From the NCBI GenBank assembly GCA_038087875.1, contig CM075980.1:9486001-9550000 (forward strand): DNA of 64,000 bases, written 5' to 3'. Of this stretch, positions 62,040-64,000 are shown piece by piece (position 1 is the first letter of the stretch; each line of letters opens with the position of its first letter). The stretch is from Malacoraja senta (taxonomy: Eukaryota). Under the pieces are notes generated by a model that saw only the letters and a program-made list of their open reading frames with translations, was not told the DNA's origin and made no database searches. Position numbers and translations under genes: made by a program.

Positions 62040-64000
62040 TGTAATAACCTGCGGATGGATGGGTGGGGAATGTGGAAGAAAATAACAAGTTAGCTAGTAA
62101 AATAGATGGTGAAAGAGACGTTGATGTAAGGAAGACACCGATCAGGATCTGGCTCACAAGTGAAAAATTGAGCGCTTATCTTAAAATGGTAATTAAGCAA
62201 TAGTCGAACAGGATGCTACGTCTGCGGGATGGGTGGGTGGGGGAGATAGAGGGGTGTAGAGGAAGCAGTCATAACATTATATTCAACATTTGGTCCTTGT
62301 GTTTCAACGTTTCGTTTAGGATGGGAGGATTTATTGCTAGGTCTGCAATATCTTTGGATCACCGAGGACTGTGCACCTGGCGGGAACAGACATATCACTC
62401 GCGGCTGTAGCGCAGCAGATAATCCTCTGGTTTCTAGGCAGCTAGTCCATTGCACACCTTTCAATAGAGAACACATTGCACAATATTTTGCGACACAATA
62501 CATTTCCGAGGCTGGAATCTTGAGCAAAAAATAAAAGGCTGGAGGAAGTCAGCGGGTCAGACAGCATTTGTGGATGAAAGGAAACAAAGGGCTGGAGTAA
62601 TTCAGCAGGTCAGGCAGCATCCCGGGAGGACGTGGATATGTGACATTTCGGGTCGAGACCGTTCTTCATATCCGACACTAGTCACCCGAGCATAGCGGTG
62701 TCGTTTGTTAAACGTTGACCAACTAACCTTTCGATCCTGCAAGGTCCTCACAGAATCACAGTTGTTTTCCGTCTTGGGTGTATTTCCAACTTCCCTTGCA
62801 AATATACCGTTGCTTCTCCTCTACTGATGCGCCAGGCAGGTTTGTCCCGCTGATCAGAACCAAAATACAAAATACTGGAGAAGAGGCACAAGCATAGGAT
62901 CAAGATAAAAAGCAACACAAGGTGAAACGTGATTTGGAGGTCCTTTGGGACCTCGTTTTTCCATCACTTAACCATTGACGCCACACCAAAAAAATCAATG
63001 AACTGAAATGCCACGATGAGGCAGCAATACAACGAGCCAATCACGTTTATAATTTCTACAAGATAAATAAAAGATTTATACCACCGTTTCTTTTTTTTTA
63101 AGTGGATATGGTGCGAATCCCCAGTTTATTCTGCATGACCCATCGTTTCTGATGTATTCTGCAGACTGGGGCTGGATCTTGGCGCATCCACTGGGGAAAC
63201 GATTTTAGGGAGTTGTTTCTTGCGGGGTTCTAGCGGACCCCTGCTGAAGCTACCAGGCGACTTTAACCGTTTCCAAGCACATGTGTGAGAAATGCCTCAT
63301 AATTTGTTCAGGATCCTAATGCTTCGATTACAATAATCAATTTAACTGACATTTCATAGCTACACTACACGAATAAAAGGTTCCTTGAAACATCACATTT
63401 TATACCATTGGTAATCAAGCTTGTCCGTTAAACAATAAAAGAACAAAAATGCTAATTCAATTTAATTGTTTATAATCGACCAAACATCATTCCTAATGGA
63501 ACTTGCTTCATTAACCCCCCCCCCCCCCCTCCCCTCCCCTCCCACATTTACCTTTCGGTGTCTTGACTTATATCCTAATGTTCAGCATGTCTTTTCGACC
63601 GTAAAAGACGAGATTAAATAAATGCACAGGCGTGTGCAAGCATTTCACACCATAATAATTCAAAAATTCCAGTTATTTTCAGTTTTGAGCGACCTCGTTA
63701 GGACGTCACAGCGACACGGGATACTGCCCCAGTTGATAAAGGGACAGTGGTAGCCGTAAACAGCTCGTTGGTTGGCAGCCCCGCCCAGTATCGTGATAAA
63801 CTGCACGAAATCAGCAAAGCCCATCGAGTTCTCTCTTCAGTGCAATTTCCAGTTTATCGACTGGCTTGCTGCAAATTCATTGTTTGGTTCAGTAATAATT
63901 CCTAGAAACACGAAAATATCTCATGGCCTGACTCCATCCGAGGCAAATCCGAATCCAGCGAGTTGGAAAAAGCCGGCCAGTACAAGTTGGACATGAATGA

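Noticed and set aside
63772-63996. 74-aa ORF at the window end as a possible SEPTIN5 exon or other gene
   Set aside because: No septin or other recognisable motif, and it is on the strand opposite GP1BB.

Overview
Eukaryotic genomic DNA from a cartilaginous fish (probably a skate or ray; inferred from the Ig and repeat families). The window holds a tandem array of immunoglobulin light-chain clusters of the elasmobranch type II (lambda-like) class, all on the + strand. Three clusters are complete (leader exon, germline-fused VJ exon, C exon, polyA signal): 17590-21692, 37043-40536 and 53216-56527. A fourth is represented only by its J-C intron and C exon (2391-2713); its VJ lies upstream of the window. 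No recombination signal sequences flank any V or J. The first three clusters sit in ~17.5-19.4 kb tandem duplicated units (called alpha, beta, gamma here); the last cluster is much more divergent. A convergently transcribed GP1BB (platelet glycoprotein Ib beta) orthologue follows on the - strand (61482-62039). Spacers and introns are full of CR1-type LINE fragments, truncated L1 3' ends with target-site duplications, a non-autonomous hAT transposon, V-SINEs, and short fold-back repeats carrying a hammerhead-ribozyme-like core (Penelope-like). Most notable: an island of high divergence over VJ and the 5' J-C intron inside otherwise similar units, dissimilar CDR3 junctions in sister clusters, an intact hammerhead-like core on the sense strand of a J-C intron, and transposon insertions that order the duplications. 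All alignments and counts were done by eye.
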